Below, piece after piece: positions 9,883 through 19,711 of a stretch of 64,000 nt of DNA. Origin of the DNA: an uncultured Nitrososphaerota archaeon (lineage in GTDB: Archaea; Korarchaeota; Korarchaeia; Korarchaeales; Korarchaeaceae); contig CAZQNA010000007.1 of the NCBI GenBank assembly GCA_964594835.1, positions 52,058 through 116,057 of the forward strand, written 5' to 3'. Made by a program: the position numbers and the translations under genes. Under the pieces are notes generated by a model, which was given only the letters and a program-made list of their open reading frames with translations, made no database searches and was not told the origin of the DNA. How positions within the stretch are numbered: the stretch's first letter is position 1; the number at the start of each line of letters is the position of its first letter.

Positions 9883-10545
9883 TCACTCGAGGTGATCGAC
9901 GAGGTCCCCCAGCTCCTCCGCCACCACCCTGGCAGACGTCAACCAGCTCCTCCTGGCTATTGGGGGGAGCGACCCCCTCTCCCTGACCCACTCACGGAGG
10001 AACCGGATGGTCTTGTCGTCACCCGCGTAGCCGGAGCCGAAGTCGCCGTACTCCTCCCTCAGTCGGTCTATGATCCTGTCCCTGTGGACCTTGGCCAGTA
10101 TGGAGGCCGCCGAGACCACCGGGTAGTTCACGTCGGCCTTGTTCTCCGCAACGATCTTCACCTCGACGTCTCCGAGTCTCCTCTTGACCTCGAAGGCGTA
10201 GGACTCGGGGTATCTGCCTGGCGCGTCCAGGATCGCAACGTCAGGCCTCAGCTCCCGTATCAGGTCGGCGGCTATCCTGGCCTCCAGCCTGTTTAGGCCG
10301 CCGGATCTGACGGCCTCGTCTATCTCCCCGGGCCAGATCTCCACGAGGCGGTATGCCCTCAGGGCGTGAACCAGCTCGTCGTAGAGCTCCTCCCTCCTGC
10401 GCCGAGTCAGGAGCTTGGAGTCCCTCACGCCGAGACCTGCGAGGACCTCCTCGTCTCCCTCGTGGATCAGCGCGCCACAGATCACCATGGGCCCCAGGAC
10501 GGGGCCCCGACCGGCCTCGTCCACCCCCAGGATCTTACTGGGCAC
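9883..10545 (-). CDS. rnhB: Ribonuclease HII
   Basis: GVDEAGRGPVLGP, DSK, AASILAKV, GSGY motifs. Confidence 0.96.
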   Translation of the reverse strand: MPSKILGVDEAGRGPVLGPMVICGALIHEGDEEVLAGLGVRDSKLLTRRRREELYDELVHALRAYRLVEIWPGEIDEAVRSGGLNRLEARIAADLIRELRPDVAILDAPGRYPESYAFEVKRRLGDVEVKIVAENKADVNYPVVSAASILAKVHRDRIIDRLREEYGDFGSGYAGDDKTIRFLREWVRERGSLPPIARRSWLTSARVVAEELGDLVDHLE

Positions 10546-10562
10546 CTCAGCGCACCGCCCGC

Positions 10563-11075
10563 CTACGGGATGGCCGACCTCAGGGCGAGCCCGCCCAGCG
10601 CCATGCCGGCCCCTGTAAGGGCGAAGAGGGCCGCGAGGATGTACAGGAGGACGCTCAGGGATTTCACGGCCCCCCTGGCGCTCAGGGTGGCCGCGCGGGC
10701 GGCAGAGAGGTCCGGGACCTCAAGCGATCCCACGTCGCCCGCGAGGCCCTTGAGGCCCTCGGCCGCCTCGCTCAGGCTCTCGGCGTACCCCTCGAACGGT
10801 CTCACTCCCAAGATGCTCACGTTCCCCGCCCTCTCGGCCACCTCCTCGATCGAGTCCGCGAGCCTCTCGAGGTCTCCTGCGGCCTGGATCCCGCTTCGTT
10901 CGAGGGACCTGAGGGACTCATCCACCTCGTCGAGGGCAATGCTCAGGTCGTCGATGGTCCTCTGGAGGCCTGCCCTCACCCTGTGGGTCTGAATGGCCAG
11001 GGCGGCGGAGCACAGGAGCAGGGCCAGTCCCACAAACGCCAGCGCAAGCCCCAACTGCTCGGGAGTGAGCGTCAT
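10563..11075 (-). CDS. Hypothetical membrane protein (two TM helices flanking a coiled coil)
   Basis: Hydrophobic N- and C-terminal segments with a helical middle; codon use matches the genome. Confidence 0.6.
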   Translation of the reverse strand: MTLTPEQLGLALAFVGLALLLCSAALAIQTHRVRAGLQRTIDDLSIALDEVDESLRSLERSGIQAAGDLERLADSIEEVAERAGNVSILGVRPFEGYAESLSEAAEGLKGLAGDVGSLEVPDLSAARAATLSARGAVKSLSVLLYILAALFALTGAGMALGGLALRSAIP

Positions 11076-11138
11076 CTCCGTCTCGGGCTGGGGCCCTCGG
11101 CTTGCCTTTTTATGATGCCAGCCGGGGGGAGCCGCGGA

Positions 11139-11597
11139 ATGTTCCCGAGGGTCCTGTTTCCCACCGACTTCTCCGAGGAGGCGGTGTCGGCGGTCGAGGA
11201 GATACTCGCCTCAAGCCCCAGCAGGCCCGGGGAGCTGATCCTACTCCACGTCATAGACTCGAAGCTGCTGGAGGCAGTGGCCGAGGCGACGAGAGAGACC
11301 TACGGGAGCGAGGCAAGGGCGAGGGACGCGGCCTTCGAGGTCCTCAAGGGAGACGCCGAGAGGAGGCTGAGGGAGGTCTACGGGAGGATGGTAAAGCACG
11401 CCCAGACTGTCCTGACGGAGGTCCGGGTCGGGAGACCGGCCCAGGAGATCGTGGAGTCGGCAGAGGAGCACGACGTCAACCTGATACTTATCCCCTCCAG
11501 GAGCACCGTTGGCATCAAGTCGCTGGTCTTTGGGAGCGTCGCCCTGGGCGTGCTCGAGCTGACCACGAGGCCCGTTCTCGTGGTGAAGCTCAGGTGA
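11139..11597 (+). CDS. Universal stress protein (UspA family)
   Basis: MFPRVLFPTDFS, GRPAQEIV, GSVALGVL, PVLVVK; ATG 11139. Confidence 0.9.
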   Translation: MFPRVLFPTDFSEEAVSAVEEILASSPSRPGELILLHVIDSKLLEAVAEATRETYGSEARARDAAFEVLKGDAERRLREVYGRMVKHAQTVLTEVRVGRPAQEIVESAEEHDVNLILIPSRSTVGIKSLVFGSVALGVLELTTRPVLVVKLR

Positions 11598-11639
11598 CGG
11601 CGTCGGGGGGACTGAGGTCTTGGGAGGGGCTGTCTCACC

Positions 11640-12299
11640 TTGAGCGAACCTGAGTCCCAGTCCGTGAGGGAGAGGATAGAGGAGTTCGTCGAGGACCTCG
11701 AGGAGTCCCTGGAGGACGCCTGGTACGCCTTCAAGTCCTACGCCGAGATGACCAAGCTCGGCGAGGTGGCCAGGAGGTACGCCGTGACCAACTCCTTCGA
11801 CGGCCTCCTCACAGTGCTTGGAGTGGTAGCGGGCTCCTACGTCTACGGGGTGGCCGACCCAAGGTCTGTGATAAGCGCGGGGGTGGGGGCGGTGGTGGGG
11901 ATAGCCCTGTCGGCCGCCGTGGGGACGTACATCACCGAGATGGCCGAGAGATCCCAGGAGATAAGGGAGATGGAGGCAGCGGTGTTCACCAGCCTGAGGA
12001 GCTCCGTGGTGGCCAAGGCCCACAGGATATCCGCGGTGGTAATATCCCTGGCCAGCTCCCTGGTCCCGGCCTCCTTCACGACTCTTGCCATATCGCCCTT
12101 CCTGATGGCCGCAAGGGGGATTCTGACGGTGCAGGCCGCGTTCACGACCTCGATGGCTCTCATCCTGGCCTCCCTCTTCTTCCTCGGCGCGTACCTGGGG
12201 AGGATATCTGGAGGGAGGATCCTGTTCTACGGCGCGGTGGAGGTCGGCGTCGGCGTGCTGATAGTGGTGGTCCTCCTGGCCCTCGGGGCGACCCCCTGA
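11640..12299 (+). CDS. VIT1/CCC1 family membrane protein
   Basis: RRYAVTNSFDGLLTVLG and GTYITEMAER motifs; about 5 TM segments. Confidence 0.85.
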   Translation: MSEPESQSVRERIEEFVEDLEESLEDAWYAFKSYAEMTKLGEVARRYAVTNSFDGLLTVLGVVAGSYVYGVADPRSVISAGVGAVVGIALSAAVGTYITEMAERSQEIREMEAAVFTSLRSSVVAKAHRISAVVISLASSLVPASFTTLAISPFLMAARGILTVQAAFTTSMALILASLFFLGAYLGRISGGRILFYGAVEVGVGVLIVVVLLALGATP

Positions 12300-12341
12300 G
12301 CCGGCGGGCCGGTTAAATTCTCCCGCTCGGGCGCGCCCCCT

Positions 12342-12683
12342 ATGGGCGGCGGGGTGGGAGAGGGTGACGTCCTGGTCGTGCTCACGACCGCCGTGGGGGA
12401 CGGGGAGTCGGCGGCCAGGCTGGCCAGGACCCTGGTGGAGGAGCGCCTGGCGGCGTGCGTCAGCGTCGTCCCGGGGGTGAGGAGCGTCTACCGGTGGGAG
12501 GGAAGGGTGGTCGAGGACTCCGAGCACCTCCTGATCGTCAAGACCACAGAGTCGGGGTACGAGATGCTGGAGTCCAGGCTCAGGGAGATGCACCCCTACG
12601 AGGTGCCGGAGGTCATTGGGCTGAGGGTGGCCAGGGTCCTCGGGGCATACCTGAGCTGGCTGAGGGGGGCGGTCAAGCCTTGA
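12342..12683 (+). CDS. cutA: Divalent-cation tolerance protein CutA
   Basis: LVEERLAAC, SVYRWEG, HPYEVPE motifs. Confidence 0.95.
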   Translation: MGGGVGEGDVLVVLTTAVGDGESAARLARTLVEERLAACVSVVPGVRSVYRWEGRVVEDSEHLLIVKTTESGYEMLESRLREMHPYEVPEVIGLRVARVLGAYLSWLRGAVKP

Positions 12684-13687
12684 GCGGTGGTGTGGTCAGC
12701 CTCGGGGAGATCGACGAGGTATACTCGCGTCAGATACCCCTCCTCGGGGTGGAGGGCCAGGAGAGGCTCTCCAAATCCAGAGTGGCGGTCGTCGGATTGG
12801 GGGGGCTCGGCTCTCCCATATCCACGTACCTAGCCGCCGCCGGGGTCTCGCTGAGGCTCGTCGACTGGGACCTCGTTGAGCCCTCGAACCTGAACCGACA
12901 GGTCCTCTACACCCGGGCAGATGTGGGGAGGCCGAAGGCCTTCGCCGCCGCCGAGAGGCTCAGGGCCCTCAACCCCGACGTGGACCTGGAGTCTTTCTAC
13001 AGGCCGGTCGTAGGCAGGCTGGCCAGGGAGGTCGTCAGGGGCGTAGACCTGGTCATGGACGCAGCGGACAACGCAGCGGTCAGGGAGGCGGTGAACGAGG
13101 CCTGCGTCGCGGAGGGGGTGCCCCACACCTACGCCGCCGTGGACGGGTGGTTCGGCGCCTACGCGTTCTTCATGAGGCCCGGCGAGGATCCCTGCCTGGC
13201 CTGTCTCTTCCCCCAGGGCTTGAGGGACCACCCTGTTCACGTGGTGGGGCCGGTTCCGGCGCTCGTGGGGGCGGTTTCCGCGGCGGACGCGATAAAGCTC
13301 CTCTCGGGTGCGGGCCAGCCGACCAGGGGGAGGATGCTGATATTCGACCTGAGGGAGATGACCTTCGAGTCGGTGGAGATATCTAGGAACCCGGAGTGCA
13401 GGGTCTGCGGCAGGGGGGAGTACAGGGAGATAGACGAGGATCCGGGCAGGGTATTCAGCAGGGGGGGCTCGCACTTCTTCTTCGAGCCGCGTGTCAGACC
13501 GCTCGCTGCCCTCAGGAGGGCTAAGGAACTGGGGTGGAGGCCCCTGGAGGTCAGGCCCGAGTTCTCCAGGTTCGACTCGGGCGGGGTCGCGGTCGTGGCC
13601 TACTCGGAGGGCGGGGTGCTCGTGAAGGGGGCGCCCCTCGGGGAGGCCGAGCGCCTGATGGGAGACCTGCTCGGGCTCCAGCATTAA
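12680..13687 (+). CDS. ThiF/MoeB/E1-like adenylyltransferase
   Basis: YSRQ, GLGGLG, DLVEPSNLNRQ, CLAC and CRVC Zn motifs; start TTG 12680 or GTG 12692. Confidence 0.9.
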   Translation: MSGGVVSLGEIDEVYSRQIPLLGVEGQERLSKSRVAVVGLGGLGSPISTYLAAAGVSLRLVDWDLVEPSNLNRQVLYTRADVGRPKAFAAAERLRALNPDVDLESFYRPVVGRLAREVVRGVDLVMDAADNAAVREAVNEACVAEGVPHTYAAVDGWFGAYAFFMRPGEDPCLACLFPQGLRDHPVHVVGPVPALVGAVSAADAIKLLSGAGQPTRGRMLIFDLREMTFESVEISRNPECRVCGRGEYREIDEDPGRVFSRGGSHFFFEPRVRPLAALRRAKELGWRPLEVRPEFSRFDSGGVAVVAYSEGGVLVKGAPLGEAERLMGDLLGLQH

Positions 13688-13721
13688 TTTCTGTACTCAA
13701 CCCGCCGCTCGGTCGGTCGCC

Positions 13722-15626
13722 TTGCTGGCCAAGACCGTTAGGGAGTGCGCGAGGCTAGCCGACGGCAGGCGGGCCCTTGACGACGTCTGGGGAATCTCTC
13801 TCCACCACAGGATTCAGGCCTCTCCAGGATTCGACGCCGCCGTGGAGTTCGCTAGGGGACTCCTGGAGGAGGCGGGGCTCGAGGTGAGGGTCTACGACTA
13901 CCAGGCCGACGGGAGGACGGAGTACTGGGGGTGGGTGGCTCCGGTGGGCTGGGAGGTCAGGGACGCCGAGCTCTGGATGGTGGAGCCGGAGAGGGAGCTG
14001 ATAGCCACGTTATCGAGGCACCCAACCGTGGTGGCCGCCCACAGTGCCCCCACTGAGGGGTGGGAGGAGGCCGAACTCGTGGACGTCGGAGAGGGCGTGT
14101 CTGAGAGGGACTACGACGCGCCAGTGTCCGGGAAGATCGTGCTGGCTGGTGGGAGGGCGAGCCTGGTCCACAGGATGGCCGTGATGAGGAGGGGTGCCAG
14201 GGGGACGCTCACGTACTCCAACCAGTCGGACCCCGGAAGCTTCCCCTACGTCGGAATCTGGCCCACGGCAGAGGAGCTGGGTAAGATGGGGGTGGCGCTG
14301 ACCGTCTCGAGGGAGTGGGCGGACAGGCTCAGGTCGCTCCTCGCCAGGGGGGAGAGGGTCAGGCTGCGGTTCCGCGTAGACGCGGAGTACCGGGAGTCCC
14401 GCCTGAGGGTGCTCGAGGCCAGGATACCGGGGGAGGAGGATCTAGACGTCCTCCTCATCGCCCACATATGCCACCCAAGGCCAGGCGCCCACGATAACGC
14501 CTCCGGCGTGGCCGCGGCCGTGGAGGCGGCCAGGGTAGTCTCCCAGCTCCAGGCCGGCGGGAGGAGGCTTAGGATGGGATTCAGGCTCTGGCTGGTCCCG
14601 GAGTTCACGGGGACCATAGCCCACCTCTCTTCTAACCCGGACCTCCCCTCCCTCCTGGCCGCGGTCCTGAACCTGGACATGGTGGGCTCCGACCTGTCCG
14701 TCACCGGCGGCACCCTGTCGGTCGTTGGCTTTCCGCTCTACTCCCCCTCCTTCATGCCCCTCCTGGCCCACAGGGCCCTGGAGGTTGCCCTCTCCACTAG
14801 GCAGTACTTCGAGGGCCACTCCGTCCCCTGGGCACCCCTCGCCCTGAACCCGTACTCCGACGGGAGCGACCACCACGTGTTCGCTGACCCGAAGGTGGGC
14901 GTGCCGCAGGCGGCCTACGGCGAGTGGCCAGACAGGTACTACCACACCGACGGCGACGTTCCGTCGAACCTGGACCCCAGGCTGCTGGAGGCGGTCGCCT
15001 CGGCGGCCGCGGGCCTGGCCGTGGAGCTCGCCTCATCCGACGCAGAGGGCCTCAGGTCCCTGGCCAGGCTCACGGCGGCCCTCGCGAGGAGGCACGGCTG
15101 CAGGGAGCTGGCCGCCCTGGCAGAGTCGGGCGGCCCCAGGGCTGAGATGAGGATGTTCCAGATCCCCACGGCCTACGGGAAGGCGGTCTCCTCGCTGACG
15201 AGGATCTCAGGCGAGGACGGGTTCGCTCAATACGTCAGGTCACTCGCCGACCGCGTCTCGGCTGACCTGGCTGGCGTCAAGAGGGAGCTGGCCCCAAACA
15301 CCTCGTCTCCAGGGGTGGAGACCGGCCCGGGATCGGACGAGAGGTTCAGGAGGCTCGTGCCCGGCCCCCTACCCTACATGCGGCTGATGAGGCGGTTGAG
15401 GGTCGAGGATTACCTGAAGTACCTGAGGGATCGCAGGCTGTCCACGGTCGCGTATCACGTCCTCTACGCCCTTTCGCTCAGGGAGGACCTGGGAGGGGCC
15501 TACGAGCTCACCCTATCCGAGGTCGAGGTGAGCTGGGAGGACTTCAGGTCCGTGGTCAGGGACCTGGTTTCCGCGGGCCTCGCCGAGCCGGTCCCCTCCG
15601 GGGGGAGGCGCGCCCGGGAGGGCTGA
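13722..15626 (+). CDS. M28-family Zn aminopeptidase-like protein (DUF4910 type) with PA domain
   Basis: AHICHP, GAHDNASG, PEFTG, LNLDMVG, SDH and YYHT motifs. Confidence 0.85.
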   Translation: MLAKTVRECARLADGRRALDDVWGISLHHRIQASPGFDAAVEFARGLLEEAGLEVRVYDYQADGRTEYWGWVAPVGWEVRDAELWMVEPERELIATLSRHPTVVAAHSAPTEGWEEAELVDVGEGVSERDYDAPVSGKIVLAGGRASLVHRMAVMRRGARGTLTYSNQSDPGSFPYVGIWPTAEELGKMGVALTVSREWADRLRSLLARGERVRLRFRVDAEYRESRLRVLEARIPGEEDLDVLLIAHICHPRPGAHDNASGVAAAVEAARVVSQLQAGGRRLRMGFRLWLVPEFTGTIAHLSSNPDLPSLLAAVLNLDMVGSDLSVTGGTLSVVGFPLYSPSFMPLLAHRALEVALSTRQYFEGHSVPWAPLALNPYSDGSDHHVFADPKVGVPQAAYGEWPDRYYHTDGDVPSNLDPRLLEAVASAAAGLAVELASSDAEGLRSLARLTAALARRHGCRELAALAESGGPRAEMRMFQIPTAYGKAVSSLTRISGEDGFAQYVRSLADRVSADLAGVKRELAPNTSSPGVETGPGSDERFRRLVPGPLPYMRLMRRLRVEDYLKYLRDRRLSTVAYHVLYALSLREDLGGAYELTLSEVEVSWEDFRSVVRDLVSAGLAEPVPSGGRRAREG

Positions 15627-16760
15627 TCACTTTCCCTCCCCCGGCTCCACCCGCAGGGGACCTCGGAGCACCCTGGCCCCCGGCTGGATCTCCACGGACC
15701 TGTGGTAGAGGAGTTCTTCCACCTCGGCCCCAGGGTCCACGTGGACCTCCCCGCCCGTCACCCTCCTGACCCTCGCGCCTTGGAGTATCCACACCTTGTC
15801 GGCCCTCACGTCCTCCACCTCGGCGTACCTGCTCACCACGACCTCCTCTCCCACGAGCAGACCGTCGATCTTGGCCCTCCTCCCCACGGCTATCCTCCTG
15901 GCTTCAAAGACCTCGCCGCTCGCCCTCCCCCTGACCTCGAACTCCTCCCTGGCCGTGAGCCTCCTCACGTTCACCCTTCCGCCGACCTCCACGCTCTCGG
16001 CCTCGACATCCTCGCCCACCTTCAGCCTCCCGCCCACCTCCAGGGAGCTGGTGAGCCTTATCCTGCCGCCCACCCTGGCGGCCCCGCCGACATCCATGAC
16101 CCCGCCGTCTATGGACCCCTGGACCTCGACGAGCCCTCCCACGTCGAGCTCCTCAACCCTCAGATCTCCCTTGACCCGGAGCACCCCGCCGACGTAGCAC
16201 CTGGTCAGCGATGCCGAGCCCGCCACGTCTACTGATCCCCCCACGTCTATCGTCTCCGCCCTGAGGTCCCCGGAGCACCTGAGCACCCCGCCGACCCTTA
16301 CCTCGGCGGCCCTCAGGCTCTTGAGTATCACCGATCCCCTCGCCTCGAGTTCGAGCACCTCCGTGTCTCCGGCCCTCATGGGTCCGCCGACGTCGACTCT
16401 GTCGGCCTCGAGGCTCTCGTAGACCCTCGCAGATCCTCCCACGTCGAGCGAACCGGCCTTGAGGGACCTGCACCTGAGGGAACCCCCTATATCGAGGGAG
16501 CTCCCTACTTCAACTCTCCCTGAGACCCTAAGGCTCCTAGACACCTCCGCGTCGAGCCTGAGCTTCAGGTCTCCTAGTACGTTCACGCTGCCGTCGGCTT
16601 CAAGAGACTCAGCCCGGAGCCCTCCCTCAAAGAGCGCGTCTCCCTCACAAATCACTGGACCGTTGACTATCACATGGCCTCCAGATACCGAGATGACCGT
16701 TGCCCCGTCGGGAACTAGGAGCCGATCCACATTTTCTTTAACCCTCAGTGTCCTGTCCAA
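15627..16760 (-). CDS. Bactofilin-like (YhbE/YhbF-type) beta-helix polymer-forming protein
   Basis: Many ~15-18 aa repeats ending D/E-VGG; C-terminus VRADKV..VTGGEVHV..VEELLY resembles YhbE/F. Confidence 0.75.
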   Translation of the reverse strand: MDRTLRVKENVDRLLVPDGATVISVSGGHVIVNGPVICEGDALFEGGLRAESLEADGSVNVLGDLKLRLDAEVSRSLRVSGRVEVGSSLDIGGSLRCRSLKAGSLDVGGSARVYESLEADRVDVGGPMRAGDTEVLELEARGSVILKSLRAAEVRVGGVLRCSGDLRAETIDVGGSVDVAGSASLTRCYVGGVLRVKGDLRVEELDVGGLVEVQGSIDGGVMDVGGAARVGGRIRLTSSLEVGGRLKVGEDVEAESVEVGGRVNVRRLTAREEFEVRGRASGEVFEARRIAVGRRAKIDGLLVGEEVVVSRYAEVEDVRADKVWILQGARVRRVTGGEVHVDPGAEVEELLYHRSVEIQPGARVLRGPLRVEPGEGK

Positions 16761-16861
16761 GGCCTCTCACCACGCACCTGGTTTCACCGGCAGCTTAAAC
16801 AATAAGAAGAGATAGATTCACCTACTCACTCGCTATAGATAAGCAGGGCCCTCGCCTTATG

Positions 16862-17932
16862 TTAGAAAAAGCTTGAATAAACCTGTAGGATCCTGTGCTC
16901 GAACTTCTCCCAGATCAGGTGTTCTCTTGCGAATTCCATGGTCTCTAAACCTCTCCTGACAAGGTGATGAATGTCATCCCTGTAAGTTCTTAACATATCT
17001 CGAAGTTCGTCAAAGTCCGAGAAGGTCTGTACGTGTTCATCCAGATATCTCAAGACCGGCAGCATATCGTCAATCGTCCAAACGTCTAGACCTGAGTGGG
17101 CGTATTCGTAAGCTTTGTTTGGGTTACAGTATCTATGGTAATAATATCTTTTCCATGGTATGAGACCTATGTGAAAATTAACGAGAACACGGAAGAGTTT
17201 AGCGTGACTGATGTATCCTAAGGAGTAGATGGGGGGCGAGGACCTTAATTTTCGGTCCCCTATTACCATAAGGTCGCCAACATCTTCACGGAGAAATATG
17301 TCAGCTAGTCCGGAGGCATCTCTGTGAGGAGGAAATGGAGGGGTTAAGCTTCCTATGTAAGCAGACCTTAAACGGTTTAGCCTAATTTCCCTCTTGCTTA
17401 TCTCGTTTACCTCGCTGATCGTGGGAAAGTTAGGCACAACGGACACTCGTGGATTCAATTTCATGTATTCCCTGGCAATCTCTTCACTTACCGTAAATGC
17501 GGCCTCTGCCCTTTGAAGAACCTCCTTCTCCCACCTAGCCCACACGGTGGCCTTAATGGAACTTGGAACGAACCTTCCGGGGTACCGCACCCTCGCCCAG
17601 TACTCATGACCATCGTATACAAATGGTAGGGCCAACTCAGCCGCAAGTTTTCCCGCTATCACGTTATGTGCATGTACGATATCCGGCCTTAACTTATCTA
17701 CTAGTTTCTTTACTTCGCCTTTAAGCCGTTGATACCATAGGGGGATCCCCAGCCTAGCTGCCTTTGTGAAACTTAAGGTGAATATTCCATTGAAAACCCT
17801 TCCTTGACCCTCATAACCACCTTTTCCGGCGAAGTAGGATTCCACCCCGGCCTTAGAAAGAGTCCCGGCGATCTTCTCCACTCTTGGGTCTGGAAGCCCA
17901 TCTTGGCTCAGGTGGAGAACTCTCAAGACCAC
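16862..17932 (-). CDS. Glycosyltransferase family 4 (GT-B)
   Basis: DPRVEK, PDIVHAHN, YDGHEYW, PNKAYEYAHSGL; A/T-rich. Confidence 0.85.
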   Translation of the reverse strand: MVLRVLHLSQDGLPDPRVEKIAGTLSKAGVESYFAGKGGYEGQGRVFNGIFTLSFTKAARLGIPLWYQRLKGEVKKLVDKLRPDIVHAHNVIAGKLAAELALPFVYDGHEYWARVRYPGRFVPSSIKATVWARWEKEVLQRAEAAFTVSEEIAREYMKLNPRVSVVPNFPTISEVNEISKREIRLNRLRSAYIGSLTPPFPPHRDASGLADIFLREDVGDLMVIGDRKLRSSPPIYSLGYISHAKLFRVLVNFHIGLIPWKRYYYHRYCNPNKAYEYAHSGLDVWTIDDMLPVLRYLDEHVQTFSDFDELRDMLRTYRDDIHHLVRRGLETMEFAREHLIWEKFEHRILQVYSSFF

Positions 17933-18083
17933 AGTCGAAGCTACTCAGAAGTCTATTTAAGCGTGCGTGAATGAAATCTTAGCTATATACTTAATTCCAG
18001 TTTAAATGCTACTTTATGTACAAGCGAGCTGATCAGTTACAAATAATATTTTTGCAAATACAGGGAAAAATAACAACTTGTCC

Positions 18084-18854
18084 TTAGCGTTCCCGACGAC
18101 GACTGACGGACTCCCAGACATACCCCACAATCACGAACGGTCTCACTCTGACGATGGAGTGGGCGAGCGTTCTCAGGAAGCCCACATTTAGCCTCCTCCT
18201 GGCCCTTTCCGTCTCTATCTGATGCTTAATGATGGACTTCAGCGTTAGTTCGGGCCTGTACTCCCACACCAGGGCCTCTCTGACTAGCAGACTCTCATAC
18301 CCACTCTTTCTGAGCTTTTGATCAAGGGCCGTGTCAAACGTCGGCCTGTCACAGTCAAACCCTCCTATGTCATCTATCACATCCCTGAGGAACAGCCTGA
18401 AGGCCCCTCTCGGCTCCCTGCCAAGCGGCGCTAGTCTGTAGTTAAGGTCCCTCAACCTGAACAGGAGATCCAGCCACCACTTTCCAGTCCTCGTCTTCAC
18501 GTCCGCTGCCACGCACCCCACATTCCCAGTAAGGTGTGGAAGCAGCTTTAGGAGAGTGTCTGGCGGGGCCCGAACGTCTGCGTCGACCTTCCCAACTATC
18601 TCACCGTCAGTTCTCTCAAACCCATAAGAGACCGCCTCGGTTATTGGAGAGACGCACTCTCCTCTCCAGGGCTTTTCGATCGTTCGAACCCCCTTGGTCC
18701 GGCATATCTCACCCGTCCGGTCCGTGCAACGGTCTAGGACTATGACGTGCTCTAGAGTGAATCCCTCCGGGACCGTCAGAGATCTAACTGACTCTATGCA
18801 TCCCTCAATGACCTTCTCCTCGTTATGTGCTGGAGTTATGATCGTTATCTTCAT
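18084..18854 (-). CDS. Glycosyltransferase family 2
   Basis: IITPAHNEE, DRCTDRT, KVDAD; ATG 18854. Confidence 0.88.
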   Translation of the reverse strand: MKITIITPAHNEEKVIEGCIESVRSLTVPEGFTLEHVIVLDRCTDRTGEICRTKGVRTIEKPWRGECVSPITEAVSYGFERTDGEIVGKVDADVRAPPDTLLKLLPHLTGNVGCVAADVKTRTGKWWLDLLFRLRDLNYRLAPLGREPRGAFRLFLRDVIDDIGGFDCDRPTFDTALDQKLRKSGYESLLVREALVWEYRPELTLKSIIKHQIETERARRRLNVGFLRTLAHSIVRVRPFVIVGYVWESVSRRRER

Positions 18855-18877
18855 CAGGCTCAGCCGTCCCGCCCGGC

Positions 18878-19711
18878 TCAATCGGATTGTTTCTTCACTC
18901 CGCGTATCCACGCCTTGTAAAGCTCGTCGACTTCGATAGCGCCGGTGATTAATGGGGTCCTCACGCGAGACACGCTCCTGAGATACCGAATGTCCTTGGG
19001 CAGGCAGGCTCCGCCAATACCATCCCTAGCTTCTAGGATCTCTATGTTCCACTTCGTATTTGCGGCACCTCTAACCTCTTCGAAGTCAAGCCCAAGAGAC
19101 TCGCAGATGAGCCTAAGCTCCTCGGCGAATGCTATCTGAACAAATCTGTACGCATTTTCCGCTATTTTCGTCATCTCTGCGACTTCGATGCTGGACACCA
19201 CGTGAAGCGGAATGTCCAAGTGAGCGTAGAACTCCTTGGCTACCCTCAGACTGTCATCGTTTAGTGCGCCAAGCACGCGCACCTGCCTTACACCATGTCT
19301 TTCCGGATCTCCGGGCCAGTACCTGTGGGGGACATGCGCCACGAGGTTCAGAGATAATCTGTCTGCCATCTTTCTAAGCGTTCCGACTGGGACGGTACTC
19401 TCGACAGAGACTAGCGCCTCCCTGTTGCTCTTGGATATCTTACCCATGACATCCTCCAAGGCCGACAGATCAGGGGCCCCGCTTCGGATTCCAGTCCAGA
19501 CGGTCACGACGTACACGTCTATTTCCTCATGCGGAAGGTCCTCCCACTTTGTCGTGAAGAAAAACTCCTTAACGTTCTTCTCAACGATGTCGTATCCGTA
19601 TACTTCGGTCCCCTCGACGCCAGCCATGTACTTGGCCGTGGGAAGACCTACAGTCCCGAGGCCCGCCACTACGACCGTCCACCTGGCCATTTTTCCGGAG
19701 TCGCCTCCCAT
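18878..19711 (-). CDS. UDP-sugar (UDP-Glc/UDP-ManNAc family) dehydrogenase lacking the C-terminal domain
   Basis: GLGTVG, ESTVPVGT, AEMTKIAENAYR, GGACLPKD; only 277 aa. Confidence 0.8.
   Translation of the reverse strand: MGGDSGKMARWTVVVAGLGTVGLPTAKYMAGVEGTEVYGYDIVEKNVKEFFFTTKWEDLPHEEIDVYVVTVWTGIRSGAPDLSALEDVMGKISKSNREALVSVESTVPVGTLRKMADRLSLNLVAHVPHRYWPGDPERHGVRQVRVLGALNDDSLRVAKEFYAHLDIPLHVVSSIEVAEMTKIAENAYRFVQIAFAEELRLICESLGLDFEEVRGAANTKWNIEILEARDGIGGACLPKDIRYLRSVSRVRTPLITGAIEVDELYKAWIRGVKKQSD

Noticed and set aside
10353-11138. Apparent 414-aa USP fusion
   Set aside because: The upstream part is low-complexity antisense of rnhB and the membrane gene; the USP starts at 11139.
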